Below the pieces are notes generated by a model that was not told the origin of the DNA, ran no database searches, and saw nothing but the letters and a program-made list of their open reading frames with translations. A stretch of 64,000 nt of DNA from Microthyrium microscopicum (Eukaryota): the NCBI GenBank assembly GCA_010405405.1, contig MU004231.1, forward strand, positions 1,999,860-2,063,859, written 5' to 3'. Shown here piece after piece: positions 61,525 to 64,000 of the stretch (positions within the stretch are counted from its first letter, which is position 1; each line of letters begins with the position of its first letter). A program made the translations under genes and the position numbers.

Positions 61525-62800
61525 CTAGTTGCCGCTCAGTCGTATAATCTCCTTGAAGTATTTCCGAGAAAGATCCAAGTTTTTCGCATCACCAGATGGC
61601 ATGACTTGAGTCGCATACATCGCAGCAATTCCCAGCTCCGGGTGAATGAACCACTTGAGATTCGGCAGTCCTCCCCAAGACAACGTTCCGCCTGGCAAAA
61701 ACGCAGATGTCTTGACTTGTACCATACCACCCAGTCCATAATTGATACCTGCGTCGCTTGGATTCGCAGCATTCGCCGCGACCGCTCCTCCCCGTCCCTT
61801 TGACAGTGCTTTCAGCGCCTCCCCATCCTTAAGCTGTGGCTTCGCAAGCATATTAACCACCGTGTCCCGCTTCAACAGCGTTGGCTCGTCCTTGATCAAA
61901 TCGGCCAACACCTTGATATAGTCCGTCGCACAACTCCAAAGCCCTCCACCGCCAGACTCATCATGAGCTTCTGCGCGAAACACCATGCCTTCAAAGGGAA
62001 TCATGCCACCATCCGGTCCTCGCTTGCCGGCACGTACCAGCCGCTTCTCGAGGTCCGGTCGCGTGCTGAGGTAGAATGTGGTATCTTTCATGCCCAGCGG
62101 CTTGAAGATATGCTCCTCCATATATCCACCCAACGTCGTGTTATTCAACCGCCCGACCAAAATACCTGCCCAGTCGATACCACCACCATACACCCAGCCC
62201 TCACCCGGATCGAAGAGCAGTGGTATATCATAAAGATGCTGCATGAATCCCTTCTTATCATCCGGAATGGGACCCACATCCTTGCGCCACGCGCGCAGTC
62301 TTGAATCACCCCACTCATACGCAACGCCCGATGTATGCGTCAACAGCCTCCTCAGAGTAATCGGATTCTTGGCCGGACGCAAATTATACCCCTTCTCCGA
62401 GTCATCAAGCGTAACGACCATTGGATTCTTGAATTCCGGTAAATGCGACTGTCCCAAATCCTCATCAAGATCGACCTGGCCGCGCTCGACGCAGCGCAGC
62501 GCACATACGGAGGTGAGTAGTTTCGTGCAGCTGGCAATCCACATGATATCGTCATCTTTGATTGCTGGTGCATCTGGGAGGCGCGAATTGAAGCCGCATG
62601 CTTTATGATAAAGTGATTTTCCTATAAGTCATACACATTAGCCAAAATGATATGCTATCACATAGATAGAATATACCGTTCTTGTCCACAGCAAGCAATA
62701 CAAGACCAGGCGCGATATCAGCCTCGCGCTTAGTAGCCTCGGCCAAAATCGCTTCCCACTCGCTCGCAGATTCAGCCTGCCCGCCTTGCCCACCACCCAT
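61525..62800 (-). CDS. Beta-lactamase/transpeptidase-like serine hydrolase (LovD/esterase family)
   Basis: SxxK motif IASCTK, ITLRRLLTHTSG, PLLFDPGEGWVYG, EHIFKPLGM and SWGGLPN. Intron 62622-62676. Confidence 0.92.
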
Positions 62801-64000
62801 GATAGATTTCCAGTATTTCAAAATTGACTGAAACATATCGTTGATTCACAACTTTGGAGAAAGTTTGCAGCAAAAATGGCCAAGTGGACTAACTTCCCCA
62901 TATATCAAGCAAGCAACAATCGGGCCGCGGATGATGGTTATTGCCGTTTGCTACATAGTTCATTCATTTGTAGTTGTGCAATAGGCAATTGCAGGACGCT
63001 AGTACCAAGAGCACGAATGAACTGCTTCAGTTGTAGATTAGCCTATCGAGCAAGACTGGGATGTCGTGCTGCTGCTATGAATTCGGAAGTGCCCTGGTTC
63101 AGCGGGGCTCGGATCAACTGTCAATTTGGGTGATTATCTACGAGCGATTGGAATGTGCGGGGCGGTTTGTTGAGATCAATTGGATCTTGTTGAGTTTGTG
63201 TTTTACGTGTTTCGATAGAGCGATGGAGGTTCAGCCTATCGAAAAACAGTAACACGGAAAAGCGTGCAAACAAAAAATAGTTCATGGTATAGTTACTATG
63301 CCACGTTCTTGGGGTCGAAACAAACTTCCGAAAAGATGGCTAGATTGCGCTAGTTATTGTGCTTTTTACTTCTTTTGGATATTGATTTTGCGTGTGAGCT
63401 ATTATCCCTATAAGACTTAAGGTTGACGATCAGGTCTTGTGGCTACAATCACCGCCCATTGGGACTGGGAAACAACAAGCAGGATCCAGACCCGGACTCT
63501 GTTCTCTGCATCAGGCAATTATACTGAGTCTTCTCATTGTAGGACTCGTCTGGTCTGAACTGGTAGGCATCAGGAATATTGCTCAACATCAAAAGCTTAG
63601 TGAAACACCAGACCACCAAACTGGCGTCCGCTTTTGGATACACAGGGAGTTTAAAAAGCTGGCGACAAGAATGAATCTCAGTGCCATTGACCTTCCAGAG
63701 TCAGGTTGGACAAAAGTCCAAACTTGCTCCTATTTCTGGTTGACTTCAAATTTCGCAGTCAGCAGGGTACCCGATCATGGACATGACCCAAGACACTGCA
63801 GGTTATGAAGGCCTCATTCTACACTTATTTCAAAGAGACCATCCTTTAGAGATGCGCACAATCTCCATGTCCTAGATTTAATGCAACACAGCTAAATAAG
63901 GGAGCCCAAGGGAGTTCAGCCAATGTACTAATCAGCTCATGCCGAGGACGGATGCAATCCCACCAGTTTCTCGCCTTGATTCATCAGCTCTGATAACCCC

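Noticed and set aside
54444..62800. TetX-like plus beta-lactamase-like genes as an antibiotic-resistance island
   Set aside because: They are separated by housekeeping genes (zinc-knuckle protein, VTC1), and both families are common in filamentous fungi.
62876..64000. ORFs at the right end of the window, including 63437-63808
   Set aside because: ORF 63437-63808 has a non-ATG start, and none of these ORFs shows recognisable motifs or clear splice structure.
1..64000. tRNA, rRNA or CRISPR features
   Set aside because: None was seen by eye. The sequence is eukaryotic, and its only regular repeats are coding or short promoter repeats without unique spacers.

Overview
This is intron-containing genomic DNA from a filamentous ascomycete fungus, judged from short GT-AG introns with CTAAC/CTGAC branch sites, a Zn2Cys6 factor, a HET-domain gene and RIP-mutated transposons. 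I can support about 27 protein-coding genes. Conserved genes include SWC4, GCV2, acid trehalase ATH1, a head-to-head THI6/THI20 thiamine pair, a Pho80/Pcl cyclin, VTC1, an rds1-like gene and a zinc-knuckle protein. Accessory genes include an SDR with a Zn2Cys6 factor, a secreted lipase, an MFS transporter, an arrestin, a HET-domain gene, a PolX-like nucleotidyltransferase, an aspartic-protease-like membrane protein, a TetX-like monooxygenase and a beta-lactamase-family enzyme. Several features are missed by the ORF track: (1) a complete RIP-inactivated hAT transposon at 16791-19433 with 9-bp TIRs and an exact 8-bp TSD; (2) a spliced 81-aa secreted precursor with four dibasic Kex2-type sites at 8383-8738; (3) a 619-aa modular PIR-type wall protein with His/Lys/Tyr repeats and a possibly Kex2-released 14-Cys C-terminal peptide at 20075-22090; (4) a tandem pair of orphan paralogs at 57290-58884; (5) a 13-intron THI20 gene with a GC-AG intron and two micro-exons. 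All exon structures were inferred by eye and all product calls rest on motif recognition; no database searches were run.
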